A DNA stretch of 59,090 bases from Myxococcota bacterium (GTDB taxonomy: Bacteria > Myxococcota_A > UBA796 > SXON01): contig JAZKFH010000038.1 in NCBI GenBank assembly GCA_040386535.1, positions 1 to 59,090 on the forward strand, in the 5' to 3' direction. The notes below the pieces were generated by a model. That model saw only the letters and a list, made by a program, of their open reading frames with translations. It was not told where the DNA came from and searched no databases. A program made the translations under genes and the position numbers. Shown here one piece after another: positions 8,811-18,376 of this stretch; positions within the stretch are counted from its first letter, which is position 1, and each line of letters begins with the position of its first letter.

Positions 8811-9833
8811 GTGATCACCCTCCTCCTCGCGGCCCTCCTCGCGCCCGCCTCCGCGGCCGTGACGTTCACGCGCACGCCCCACGAGGACGAGAAGGACTCG
8901 CTCGAGCCCGCGCCCGTCACCACGGTGAAGAGCGAGACGAAGGAGTGGCGGCTCAAGGCGCAGCGGCGGGGCGTGTACGCCGCGATCGACGCCGCCGTGC
9001 GCTGGCGCGAGGCGCCCATCGACGCCTGTGTGCGCGCAGCCGGGGCCACCACGCCGGTGACCGCCCAGGTCGACGTGGCGCTGTTGGAAGACGGGCGGTC
9101 CACCGTAAAGGCGGGCCCCGGCGCCGACGCCGGCCTGGCGGGCTGCATCGCCACGGCCCTCGGCGACCAGCAGCTCCCCGTGCCGCTCTACACGGGTGTG
9201 CGCCTCACCTACACGGCCACGTGGGATCCAGCCCCGGTCGTCGTGCCGCCGCCGTTCGTGCCGCCCGCCGCCCCCGTCGCCGAGGTCGATCCGGGCGCTC
9301 CGGTAGCGCCCCCGACCCCGCCCGAGGACCCCAAGCGCGACGCCTTCGCCCCCGCCGTCGACGTCGAGCTCGGCTTCGGCCCGATCCCGTGGGGTGGCCG
9401 CGCCGCCGACCACGAGGGCATGTACGCCTCCAGCACCCAGTTGGGCACCACGCTCTACACGCGGCAGGCCGACACCGCCGCGCGCTGGATGGGCGCGACC
9501 ACGTCGCTCGTGAGCTACGGCTTCGGCCCCGACGGGCTGTACGCGGTGCGCATCGCCTCCTCCGGGTCGACCACGGCGTGGAAGCTGCGCGAGGCGCTCG
9601 CCGCGCGCTACGGGCCGTCCAAGTGGGACGTTCGGTTCGGCGCCTACTACTGGCGCGGTGAGTCGGTGGTCCTCCAGCTCCAGCCCGTCCCCAACTCCGA
9701 GGTGGTGGTCGTCACCCTCCTCGACATCGCACGGGCGCGCGCGAGCGGCCTCGCGGACCGGCTCCCCGGCGACCGTGACGATCCCACCGGCACCACCAGC
9801 AACCGCCGGATGCCGCGGATCTTCAAGGACTGA
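8811..9833 (+). CDS. Hypothetical secreted protein with a possible AgmX/PglI (TonB-C-like) N-terminal domain
   Basis: GTG start with signal peptide ITLLLAALLAPASA; paired Cys (IDACV...LAGCIA); Pro-rich linker. Confidence 0.6.
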   Translation: MITLLLAALLAPASAAVTFTRTPHEDEKDSLEPAPVTTVKSETKEWRLKAQRRGVYAAIDAAVRWREAPIDACVRAAGATTPVTAQVDVALLEDGRSTVKAGPGADAGLAGCIATALGDQQLPVPLYTGVRLTYTATWDPAPVVVPPPFVPPAAPVAEVDPGAPVAPPTPPEDPKRDAFAPAVDVELGFGPIPWGGRAADHEGMYASSTQLGTTLYTRQADTAARWMGATTSLVSYGFGPDGLYAVRIASSGSTTAWKLREALAARYGPSKWDVRFGAYYWRGESVVLQLQPVPNSEVVVVTLLDIARARASGLADRLPGDRDDPTGTTSNRRMPRIFKD

Positions 9834-9872
9834 CGCGTCAGGTTCGCGCCTGATTGCGTGCCGATCCGCGCG

Positions 9873-10562
9873 CTACCCGCAGTCGCCCCCCGGCAGCCCC
9901 TCCGCGTCGCCCTGGTCGCGCCACCAGGTCTCCGGCTGGGAGTGCTCGCCCGCGTACGGGTCGGTGGTGAGCCCCTCGGCGTCCTGCAGCTCGAAGTGCA
10001 GGTGCGGCATCGACGAGTAGCCGCTGGACCCCACGAGGCCGAGCGCATCGCCACAGCGGACGGAGTCCCCCACGGCGACCACGACGCTGTCGGTCTTCAT
10101 GTGCCAGTACAACGTACGCAGGCCGTCGGTGTGCTCGAGAATGACGTGGTTGCCCTCCATCTCGTACCCGTCACAGTCGATGCCCTCGAACGTCGCATGG
10201 CACCGGTCGTAGTTGCTCGCCTCCGTCGCGACCACCACGCCGTCCGCCGCGGCCACGATGACGGCGCTGCCGTTGTCCATCGTGTCGAACCCGCCCGTGA
10301 GCAGGTAGTCGCTGCCGTCGTGCTGGTCGTAGCACCACGGAAAGCTGCGCCCGTCGTAACTTGTGCACTGCACGCCTTGCGCGCCCTCACCGAACACCTG
10401 CGGATCGTGGTCGACCCCGACGGTCTGCTCGAACAGCGAGGGATCCGCCAGGGGGAAGCGGAACGACAGGGCGCCGCGGGCGACGTCGGGGCCGGTGTCC
10501 TCGGGGGGACCGAGCGACGCGGGTTGGAGCAGGGGAGCCGCGCAGCCGACGAGCAACCACAT
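9873..10562 (-). CDS. M23-family metallopeptidase, putative lipoprotein
   Basis: HDGSD, AAADGVV, GNHVILEH, YWHM and PHLHFE motifs. Confidence 0.93.
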   Translation of the reverse strand: MWLLVGCAAPLLQPASLGPPEDTGPDVARGALSFRFPLADPSLFEQTVGVDHDPQVFGEGAQGVQCTSYDGRSFPWCYDQHDGSDYLLTGGFDTMDNGSAVIVAAADGVVVATEASNYDRCHATFEGIDCDGYEMEGNHVILEHTDGLRTLYWHMKTDSVVVAVGDSVRCGDALGLVGSSGYSSMPHLHFELQDAEGLTTDPYAGEHSQPETWWRDQGDAEGLPGGDCG

Positions 10563-10584
10563 GGGGGGCTATGTAGCGTGCCGC

Positions 10585-12183
10585 GTGTTTCTCTGGCTCC
10601 TCGGCTGCGCATTCCACGTTCCGCCGCCGGCGGCGGGCGAGATGGCGCCGCTCCCCCTCCTGGCCCAGTCCGCCGATCGCGCCCGTCCCTACACGATCGT
10701 GGACGATCGCCTGTGGTTCGTCGACACCGGCGCCTCCCGCACCACGTGCGACGATGGCCTGGTCGCCGCCCTCGGCCTCACCGCGCGCCCCACGCTGCGG
10801 CGCTCCTGGGGCGAGGTCGGCAGCGTGCCGCTCCGCCGCGTGGTGCTCCGCGACGTGACCATCGGCGGCTGGACCTTCCGCCGCCTGCCCTGCGCGGTGC
10901 GCGACCTCGCCAGCACCAGCTCCATCCCGGTCGATCCCGCGGATCCCGTCGCCGGCGTGCTCGGGGCGAACCTGTTCCGGCACTTCGTGGTCGACCTCGA
11001 CGCGGGGGAGCGGGCGTTGCGGCTGCACGCGGCCGAAACGGGGGATGTCGCTGGGCTGCTGCGGGAGGGCGTGGCGCTCCGGCGCGAGCGCGGCGTCGGG
11101 CCGCGGCTGGTCGCGGCGCTCGAGGTCGACGGCGTGGCCCTCGACGTCATCGTCGACACCGGCGCCGACCGCACGTACCTGCCGCTCACGACGGGGACCG
11201 TCGAGGCGCGCTACACCGCCGAGCGCCAGGGCACAGGGCCGGGCGGGGCGCGGCTGACCGAGGTGGTGATCCGCGGCGTCGGCACCGCCACGATCGGCGG
11301 GCGGGCCCTCCCGCTGCGGCGCTACCTGTATCGCAGGGGGCGTCCGGGGCTCCTCGGCATGGACGCGCTCCAGTTCACCCGCGTGGTGGTCGACGCGCCC
11401 GGTCGCCGCCTCGCGTGGGTCGAGGGCGCCCCGCCGCCGCTCCTCGTGGGCGACGAGGCCCGCCGCGCGCTGCTCGAGGCCGATCCGAGCGCGGACGGAC
11501 GGCGGCGGCTCGCGGCGTGGGAGCTCGCGCACGGCGATCCGGCGCGGGCGCTCGACCTGTACGCGGCGCTCGGGGACCTGGGCGGGCGCCTCGGCGCGCT
11601 CCTGCGCCTGGGCGCGTGGGAGGAGGCGCGCGTGCTCGGCGGCGATCCCGGCGTGGCGGGGCGCTTCGAGGCGCGGCTCGTGGGCGCGGTCGAGGGCGGC
11701 GGCGACCCTGATCTGTTCGACGGCGCCGCGATCGTGGCGCGGCGGTGGGCAGACCTCGAGTCGGTGCGCGACCAGCTCTGGGCCATCCGCCAGGGCGCGA
11801 CCGTGGCCGACGTGGGGCGCGGGCCGTGGGGCGCGCTGCTCCAGACGCTCGCGGCCGAGGCGGGCGCGCCGGGCACGGCGGCGTTGGCCTGCGCCACGTT
11901 GCCGGAGCCCCACGATCTCGACGGCGTGCGGCTCGTGGTGGCGTGCGGGCAGACGGCGCGGGCGCTGGCGGCGCTCCCGGCGTTCGAGCCGCGCGGCGGG
12001 CGGCAAACCCCGGCGGCGGCGGCGGCGCGGGCGGATTGGCTCGACGTGTTCGCCGTCCTGCGCGAGGCCATGGGCGCGCCGGCAGAGGCCGCGTCCGCGC
12101 TCGACCAGGCGCTGCGGCTGGCGCCCTACGACGCGTACCTGCACGTGCGGCGGGTGGAGCTGCGGCGGCGGACGGGGTTGTAG
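10585..12183 (+). CDS. Retropepsin-like aspartyl protease with two catalytic lobes and a helical/TPR-like C-terminus, putative lipoprotein
   Basis: VDTGAS...GVLGAN and IVDTGAD...GLLGMD; GTG start FLWLLGC. Confidence 0.8.
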   Translation: MFLWLLGCAFHVPPPAAGEMAPLPLLAQSADRARPYTIVDDRLWFVDTGASRTTCDDGLVAALGLTARPTLRRSWGEVGSVPLRRVVLRDVTIGGWTFRRLPCAVRDLASTSSIPVDPADPVAGVLGANLFRHFVVDLDAGERALRLHAAETGDVAGLLREGVALRRERGVGPRLVAALEVDGVALDVIVDTGADRTYLPLTTGTVEARYTAERQGTGPGGARLTEVVIRGVGTATIGGRALPLRRYLYRRGRPGLLGMDALQFTRVVVDAPGRRLAWVEGAPPPLLVGDEARRALLEADPSADGRRRLAAWELAHGDPARALDLYAALGDLGGRLGALLRLGAWEEARVLGGDPGVAGRFEARLVGAVEGGGDPDLFDGAAIVARRWADLESVRDQLWAIRQGATVADVGRGPWGALLQTLAAEAGAPGTAALACATLPEPHDLDGVRLVVACGQTARALAALPAFEPRGGRQTPAAAAARADWLDVFAVLREAMGAPAEAASALDQALRLAPYDAYLHVRRVELRRRTGL

Positions 12184-12204
12184 CGCTCCTTCGTGGCGAT
12201 CGCC

Positions 12205-12335
12205 GGGCGCCCCCCGCCCGCGGACGGGCGGGTCGGGCCCCTTCCGGGCTCGGCGCGCGCGCCTCGGTTGGCGCTCCCCGGGCTGCCGCCCGGGCGCGCC
12301 GAACCGCGCCTCCCGCCGGTCGGCGCGCCCTCCGG
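12205..12335 (+). repeat. Dispersed structured element, copy C
   Basis: gggcgcc-hairpin-tcgggccccttccgggctc-hairpin-tcggttggcgc...gcgccgaacc; 21 bp after the stop at 12183. Confidence 0.75.
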
Positions 12336-12336
12336 G

Positions 12337-12843
12337 TGGTTGCACCTCGCCCTGGCGCCGAGCGTCACGATGGGGGACCTCGACTGGCTCCTGCGGCAGA
12401 CGTGGCTCGACTGTTGCGGCCACTTGAGCGGCTTCCAGGTGGGTGGCACCCGCTACGAGGAGGCAATCGAGGGCGGCTTCGGCTGGGCCCCCAAGCCGCG
12501 CTCCATGAACACCAAGGCCGCCGCGGCGGTGCCCCCTGGGACCACCTTCACGCACGAGTACGACTACGGCTCGACCACCGTGCTCCGGGGGCGCTCCCTC
12601 GGCCTCGTGGCCGCGGGCGCCGGGGCCGCGGGCGCCGCCAAGATCACCGTCCTCGCCCGGAACGAGCCCGTCGTGTGGCCGTGCGACGCGTGCGGGGCGC
12701 CCGGCGAGCGGATCTGCCGGTATTGCCACGCGATGGCCTGCAACGCGTGTGGCCGCCCGTGCACGTGCGTGGACTCGTGGGAATACGAGTCCTCGCGCGT
12801 GGTGGACTCGCCGCGGATGGGCGTGTGCGGGTACGGGACGTAG
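12337..12843 (+). pseudogene. pRiA4b ORF-3-like domain plus Cys-rich Zn finger; start unclear, possibly 5'-truncated
   Basis: WLDCCGHLSGF, HEYDYGSTT, CxxC pairs and SPRMGVCGY; the upstream part of ORF 12193 is translated repeat element C. Confidence 0.5.
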
Positions 12844-12916
12844 GCCGGCGCGTGAAAGCGCGATGAAATCCGGAGCGGGTCTCCGGCCGCTAACGGTGCT
12901 GCGGAGTAATCCGCCG

Positions 12917-13084
12917 ATGGACCAGCCCCCGTCGTTGATCGAGCGCCTGAACGTGCTGCTGGAGGCCTGGAAGCAGGCGGTGGCCGACGGCGATCACGCC
13001 GCCGCCGAGCGGGTGGCGGAGGCCATGGAGGCCATCTCCCGCGCGCTCGAGGTCACGCCGGAGCGGGGCGCGCGCGTGCGGTGA
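12917..13084 (+). CDS. Small helical hypothetical protein (55 aa)
   Basis: Amphipathic helices (LIERLNVLLEAWKQAV...AAAERVAEAMEAI); GC3-biased codons. Confidence 0.5.
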   Translation: MDQPPSLIERLNVLLEAWKQAVADGDHAAAERVAEAMEAISRALEVTPERGARVR

Positions 13085-13142
13085 GGGTGCGAGCCGGCCG
13101 CGTCAACCCGGCCGCCGGTCCCGACGCCACGCGCGCCAGGTG

Positions 13143-13258
13143 CCGGGAGGGGCGGCCGCGCGGGCGCGGCCGGATCGGCGCCGCCGGGCGCGCCCGGGAC
13201 GCGCCAGCCGAGGCCGAAGGCCGGGCCCCGCACGGGACCGCCCCGCAGGGGGGCGCCC
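13143..13258 (-). repeat. Dispersed structured element, copy D
   Basis: Shares gggcggccgcgcgggcgcggccgg(a/t)tcggc with copy G, plus the hairpin/linker layout. Confidence 0.7.
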
Positions 13259-13309
13259 GGGTGCTTTCGAGGACGCTGCGCCGAAAACGCTCGCGAAGAA
13301 ACGGCCGCG

Positions 13310-13693
13310 CTACTCGCGCAACAACGCGTCGACCGTCTGCTGATCGGCGCCGGGGAACTTGTAGCGGCCGAAGTCTTCGGGGCGCGCCCACACCATGTCG
13401 TGCACGCGGGCGCCCGTGGGCTCGCCGAGGATGCCGCAGCGGTACACCACCATGTCGAGCGTGTAGCCCTCGTAGGCGTGCGTGACGTGGAGCACGCGAT
13501 GGCCGATCTGCACGCCCACGTCGAGGCGATCGGAGAGGGTGCGTCGCAACGCGTCCCCGTCGCTCTCGCCGTCGAGCACGCGACCGCCGGGAAACTCCCA
13601 GAGCAGGGGCAGCGCGGCCTCGGGGCGGCGCTGGGTGATGAGATAGGCGCCATCGCGCTCGATCTCGGCGGCTACGACGCGGATGTGGGGCAC
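13310..13693 (-). CDS. MutT-like Nudix protein with a degenerate Nudix box
   Basis: IRVVAA, LITQR, WEFPGG, H.YEGY and FPGAD motifs; box reads GRVLDGESDGDALRRTLSDRLDV. Confidence 0.85.
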   Translation of the reverse strand: MPHIRVVAAEIERDGAYLITQRRPEAALPLLWEFPGGRVLDGESDGDALRRTLSDRLDVGVQIGHRVLHVTHAYEGYTLDMVVYRCGILGEPTGARVHDMVWARPEDFGRYKFPGADQQTVDALLRE

Positions 13694-13858
13694 GGCCGGG
13701 CTCCCTCGAAGAGCCGGGGAGGATAGCACGGGCGGGGTGCCGGGCAATGGCGGGCCGGCGCGCTCCAACGTTCGGGGCGCCATCCACCGAAAGGCGGGGC
13801 TGGGCTACGGGCGGCCGGAGCGCCACGCGGGTATCCTGCCCGGGTAGCAGAGGTACCC

Positions 13859-14431
13859 ATGATCCGCTCCTCCCTGAAGTCCGGTCTGAAGAAGGTGCTC
13901 GGGTTCGGGAAGCCCGAGGCCGCGCCGCCCCCCGCCGCCCCCGCGTGGCGCGCCGACGCCGAGACCAGCGCCATCCCCTACCCCAAGCAGGCCGCCGCCC
14001 CGAAGGCCGCGGTCGTCGCCGCGCCCGCTTCGCCCGCCGAAGCCGCGCCCCTGGCCGCCACGCCCGCGGCCGCCGTGGCCGCCGCCGCCGCCGTGGCGCC
14101 GGCCCCCGTCGTCGCCGACCCGGTGGCCGAGAGCGCCGCCGCCACGTCCGCCGCCGCCGCGAACCCCGCGTCGCCCGTGCAGGCCGACGTGATCGGCCCC
14201 GCCCTCACGATGGAGGCGCTCCAGGAGATCATGGACGAGATGGTGCGCCCCGCCCTCCAGGGTGACGGCGGCGACATCACGCTCATCAAGGTCGAGGACA
14301 ACGACGTGTACGTGAAGCTCGTCGGCTCGTGCTCCACCTGCCCCTCCTCCATCATGACGATGAAGCTGGGCGTCGAGGCGCTGCTGAAGGAAGAATTCCC
14401 CAGCATGGGCCAGCTGATCCAGGTCGATTGA
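13859..14431 (+). CDS. NifU/NfuA C-terminal domain protein (Fe-S scaffold/carrier)
   Basis: VRPALQGDGGDI...GSCSTCPSS...GVE; Ala/Pro-rich N-terminus. Confidence 0.93.
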   Translation: MIRSSLKSGLKKVLGFGKPEAAPPPAAPAWRADAETSAIPYPKQAAAPKAAVVAAPASPAEAAPLAATPAAAVAAAAAVAPAPVVADPVAESAAATSAAAANPASPVQADVIGPALTMEALQEIMDEMVRPALQGDGGDITLIKVEDNDVYVKLVGSCSTCPSSIMTMKLGVEALLKEEFPSMGQLIQVD

Positions 14432-14478
14432 TGCGGGTCGGGTGACCGAGCGGGGGGACTCGACGAGCCTCCCCGCGC

Positions 14479-15555
14479 TCACGCCGCCCGCTCCCACATG
14501 TCCGGCACGAACCCCGGGGACACCCACCCGGCGCGGATCCACGCGCCGACCGGGTGGTGTACGCCCACCTTGCCGACGTAGAGCAGGCGCAGATCGCCGC
14601 CCGCGTCGAGCCAAGCGCGCACGCGTCGGTAGCCGCGCAGGTACACGGTGTCCTTGGCGTACACGCCGGGGGCGCCCGGATCGGCGAGCCCCCGCTTGAC
14701 CCGCAGCGCGATCTGCCAGGCGCCGCCGCGCCCGGTGTGGGGCAGCAGCGCCTCGTACAGGTCGCGGAACCCCATCGTCCGCGCGAGGCGCACGGCGCGG
14801 ATCAGCAGCGACTGGCGGGCCACGAACCCCGGCGACAGCGCCCGCACGCGCTCCTCGGCGACGATGGCGAGGCCCTCCTCGGTCAGCAGGCTGCGCGCGA
14901 GGCCGGTGGCGAAGATGTGCAGCGGCTGGGCCTCGCCGTTGTTGCCGCGGGTGGCATGCACGTCGATCTCATGGGCGACCAGGCCCGCGCGGTCGGTGTC
15001 GCGGAAGCGCGCGGCCGGGTTGACGCGCACGGAGCGGCGCGCGGAGTCGACCAGCACACGCGAGGAGAGGACCGTGTCCCACCCCACCTGCCAGTCGTCG
15101 AGGCCGCGGCGGCGCAGGGCGTCGCGGAAGGTGGCGAGCATGCGGTCGGCGGCGATGTCGCCCACCAGGGGGCCGGCGGGCGGGGCGGCGGGGACGTCGT
15201 CGGGATCGGTGTCGTCGGGGAGCCAGTCGGCCAGGGCGGCGAGGCGCTCGAACGAGAGCGGGTCGCGATGCTCGAGCGCGACGACGAGCGCGCGGGTCTC
15301 CGCGATGGCGGCGGCCAGCTCCACGCCGAGGGGGTGGAAAATAGGCACCACGAGCCCGTCGAGCAGCTCGCGCGCCTCCTCGGCCCACCCCGCCGGCGCG
15401 TACACGAACGGGGGCGCCTCGGCGCCGGCGAAGAAGGCCGCGCGGGCCTCGGCGATGTTCTCGGGGTTCAGGTGTGCCGAGAACCGGATGGCGGCGTGCA
15501 GGTCGTGCAGGCGGGCGTCCGCGTGCACGATCTCGGCAGGGAGCGGCTCGAGCAT
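14479..15555 (-). CDS. DUF1704 / QEGLA-motif metallopeptidase-like protein
   Basis: HEIDVH, TEEGLA, RVKRG, KDTVYLRG and LYVGKV motifs. Confidence 0.85.
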   Translation of the reverse strand: MLEPLPAEIVHADARLHDLHAAIRFSAHLNPENIAEARAAFFAGAEAPPFVYAPAGWAEEARELLDGLVVPIFHPLGVELAAAIAETRALVVALEHRDPLSFERLAALADWLPDDTDPDDVPAAPPAGPLVGDIAADRMLATFRDALRRRGLDDWQVGWDTVLSSRVLVDSARRSVRVNPAARFRDTDRAGLVAHEIDVHATRGNNGEAQPLHIFATGLARSLLTEEGLAIVAEERVRALSPGFVARQSLLIRAVRLARTMGFRDLYEALLPHTGRGGAWQIALRVKRGLADPGAPGVYAKDTVYLRGYRRVRAWLDAGGDLRLLYVGKVGVHHPVGAWIRAGWVSPGFVPDMWERAA

Positions 15556-15561
15556 GCCGAT

Positions 15562-15570
15562 ACGGTAGCA
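15562..15570 (-). promoter_or_regulatory. Extended -10 TGcTACCGT 6 nt upstream of ATG (leaderless-type)
   Basis: Minus strand reads TGcTACCGT-atcggc-ATG(15555), within a 36-bp divergent gap. Confidence 0.55.
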
Positions 15571-15591
15571 CCGGCTTATGCGCGGCCCCCC

Positions 15592-16518
15592 ATGAGCCTC
15601 ACGATCGAGCAGATTGCGGGCCTCCCCGTGCCCCTGTTGCGGCAGGGCATCGCGTCGTGGGTGGTCTCCCACGTGGATGCGCCGCCCGCCGCCATCGCCG
15701 CCCTCCAGTCCGCGTTGGAGGCCCGCCTCGCCCGCACGAGCGACCCCGCGCTCGCCACGATGCTCGCCGCCTTCGGGTCCGCGGGCAGCGAGTACCGCCT
15801 GTACCCGGCCGACCCCTTCGCGCGCGAGATGACCCGCCTCTACATGGCGGCCATGACGCCCACGTGGCGCGTCGAGGGGCTCGACAAGCTCGATGCCTGG
15901 CTCACCTCAGGGCCCGCGCGGCGCATGGTCGTCGCCAACCACCTCTCGTACACGGACACCCAGCTCACCGACTCGCTGCTCGCGCTCGAGGGCCGCGCGG
16001 CGTTCGCGGATCGCCTCGTGGCGATCGCCGGCCCCAAGGTATACACCGACGCGTGGCGACGCCTCGCCGCCATCTCGCTCAACACCCGCAAGACCGTGCA
16101 GTCGAGCGCCGTCGCGACCGAGCAGGGCTCGCTCTCCCCCCGCCAGCTCGCCACCATCGCGATCGAGACCCTCCACGACTGCGAGTGCCTGATGGACGAG
16201 GGCTACATCGTCCTGCTCTACCCCGAAGGCACGCGCTCGCGCACCGGCCGCCTCCAGCCCTTCCTCCGCGCGGCCGGCCGCTACCTGCAGATCCCCGGCC
16301 TCTCGGTGATGCCGATGGCGCAGACCGGCTCCGAGAAGGTGTTCCCCATCCACGAGCACACCATGCACCCGAGCCACGTGCGCATCGCGTTCGGCGATCC
16401 GTTCGTCGCGGAGGAGTTCCCCGGCAAACAGGGCGCGCTCGCGGAGGCGCACGCGCGGATGGGGGGCTTGTTGCCGGAGGGGTACGCGCCGGAGGTGGGG
16501 GCGGGGGCGGTCGGGTAG
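15592..16518 (+). CDS. Lysophospholipid / glycerol-3-phosphate acyltransferase family
   Basis: NHLSYTD (HxxxxD) and YPEGTRS motifs. Confidence 0.9.
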   Translation: MSLTIEQIAGLPVPLLRQGIASWVVSHVDAPPAAIAALQSALEARLARTSDPALATMLAAFGSAGSEYRLYPADPFAREMTRLYMAAMTPTWRVEGLDKLDAWLTSGPARRMVVANHLSYTDTQLTDSLLALEGRAAFADRLVAIAGPKVYTDAWRRLAAISLNTRKTVQSSAVATEQGSLSPRQLATIAIETLHDCECLMDEGYIVLLYPEGTRSRTGRLQPFLRAAGRYLQIPGLSVMPMAQTGSEKVFPIHEHTMHPSHVRIAFGDPFVAEEFPGKQGALAEAHARMGGLLPEGYAPEVGAGAVG

Positions 16519-16781
16519 TTGGGGTTTCGGCGGGGGATGAGCAGCACCCGCATGCCAGCGACCGCTCGTCCGAGCACGTCCACATTGGCAATGGACGGGG
16601 CCAGCTCCGCAATCCATTCCACGTCGTGTCCGTCCGCCCGGCGAACCCTGGAGGGGGGGCGACGGCGGCGTCCGGGCCGCCGGGGGGCCCGCGGGTCCGC
16701 GACTCCCGCGCCACGAGCATCCCATCACGCCCACCCCGACGCGATCGCGGCGCCGCCCGTCCCTCCGCAATACACGCAGGC

Positions 16782-18050
16782 GTGCTCCTGTTCTGGTCGG
16801 CCCTCGCCCTCGCCGCGCCGCTCGTGCCAACGGACCCGCCGGTGCCGCCGCGCATCCCGGGGCGGGGGGCGGTCGAGCTCGCGGTGGGGCCGTGGGTGGG
16901 CCAGCATGCGCCGCAGGGCGAGGGCAGCGTGGACACGGGGTTCGCGTGGGGCGGGCGCGCGCGGATGCGGTGGACGGAGAGCTGGGCGGTCGAGGCGATG
17001 GGCGGCGCCACGCCCGCCGGGCCCACCGGATCGCTCGCGCTGGTGCGGTTCCTCGGCGATCCGAGCGCGGACCTGCTCGGGCACGTGGCGGTCGGCGCGG
17101 GGCTGCAGGGCGACGGGGCGGGGCTGCTGACGTTCGGGGGCGGCTTCGACGTGGTGCTCACGCGGTGGCTCGACCTGCGCGCGGAGGGGCGCTTCGACGT
17201 GACGATGGACGGGCGGACCGCGCTGCTGTTCGACGTGGCGCCGATGGTGCACACGCGGCGCCGCTACGATGCCGATGCGGACGGGGTTCCCGACCGGGCG
17301 GACGCCTGCCCGCGCCAGCCGGAGGACCGCGACGGGCACGCCGACGTCGACGGCTGCCCGGACCCCGACAACGACGCCGACGGGGTCGAGGACCTGCTCG
17401 ACACGTGTGCCGACGTGCCCGAAGACCCCGACGGGAACTACGACAAGGACGGCTGCCCCGACCCCGACGACGACGAGGACGGCGTGTTCGACGCGCTCGA
17501 CCGCTGCCGCGCCACGGTGGAGGACCTCGACGGCTTCGAGGACGACGACGGCTGCCCCGACCCTGACAACGACCGCGACCTGGTGCGCGACGAGTACGAT
17601 CTCTGTGACGACGTGGCCGAGGACACCGACAACTACGAGGACGACGACGGGTGCCCCGAGCCCGACAACGACGCCGATGGCGTGGCCGACCGCTGGGACG
17701 CGGACCCCCTGGCGGCCGAAGTCTACAACGGCTGGCTCGACCACGACGGCAAACCGGATGTGGTGCCGCCGGTGCTCGCGCGGCTGCTCGGGGCGATGCC
17801 GGTCACCTTCACGGAGCACGCCGCCGGCCGCACCGCGACGGGCGAGACCGTGGGCCTGCTCGGGGCGGTGCTTGCCAGCTTCCCGGAGGCGCGGGTGGAG
17901 CTGACGGTCACGGCGCCGGATGCGACGATCGCGGCGGGGCGCGCGGCGGCGCTCGCGGAGGCGCTCGTGGCGGCGGGGGCCGCGGAGGCCCAGGTGGTCA
18001 CGCGCGTGGCGGTGGGGGCGGCGGGGGTGGAGTTGGCGATGGCGCGGTAG
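16782..18050 (+). CDS. Outer-membrane beta-barrel with thrombospondin type-3 repeats and a degenerate OmpA-like C-terminus
   Basis: Alternating beta strands, repeated DxDxDG..D..D.C....ED.D...D.DGCP units. Confidence 0.8.
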   Translation: MLLFWSALALAAPLVPTDPPVPPRIPGRGAVELAVGPWVGQHAPQGEGSVDTGFAWGGRARMRWTESWAVEAMGGATPAGPTGSLALVRFLGDPSADLLGHVAVGAGLQGDGAGLLTFGGGFDVVLTRWLDLRAEGRFDVTMDGRTALLFDVAPMVHTRRRYDADADGVPDRADACPRQPEDRDGHADVDGCPDPDNDADGVEDLLDTCADVPEDPDGNYDKDGCPDPDDDEDGVFDALDRCRATVEDLDGFEDDDGCPDPDNDRDLVRDEYDLCDDVAEDTDNYEDDDGCPEPDNDADGVADRWDADPLAAEVYNGWLDHDGKPDVVPPVLARLLGAMPVTFTEHAAGRTATGETVGLLGAVLASFPEARVELTVTAPDATIAAGRAAALAEALVAAGAAEAQVVTRVAVGAAGVELAMAR

Positions 18051-18051
18051 A

Positions 18052-18273
18052 GGAGGGGGTCTGACCTCATCACTTATCATTTGAGGTCGGATTCCCGGCG
18101 TTCATCCGTCTCGCCGCGCGGAGGGGGTCTGACCTCATCACTTATCATTTGAGGCTGGATTCTCGGCGTTCGTCCGTATCGCCACAGGTGGTAAGTCGTA
18201 AGGTCAGACCCCACCATTGGAAAGCCGGCGTTCGCCTGTGGCAGGTGGTAAGTCGTAAGGTCAGACCCCCTCC
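18052..18273. repeat. REP/REPIN-like cluster: two direct and two inverted copies of a ~32-bp GGGGTCTGACC motif
   Basis: ggagggggtctgacctcatcacttatcatttg at 18052 and 18120; caggtggtaagtcgtaaggtcagacccc at 18185 and 18242 is its imperfect reverse complement. Confidence 0.85.
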
Positions 18274-18376
18274 GGGAGCCTCCGGGAGGATGCCCCCCCG
18301 ACTCCGGTACGCCCGCCCCCGAACACGAGGTTAGGGGCCGCCCGCGGTTCGGTGGGGCCGCCACCCAGGGGAGCCG

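Noticed and set aside
16647..16695. Possible partial structured element (ctggagggggggcg plus hairpin)
   Set aside because: Only the left end resembles copies E and F; too short and GC-rich to support.
18052..18273. Chromosomal dif site for XerCD
   Set aside because: No match to the 28-bp dif layout with a TTATGTTAAA-like XerD arm.
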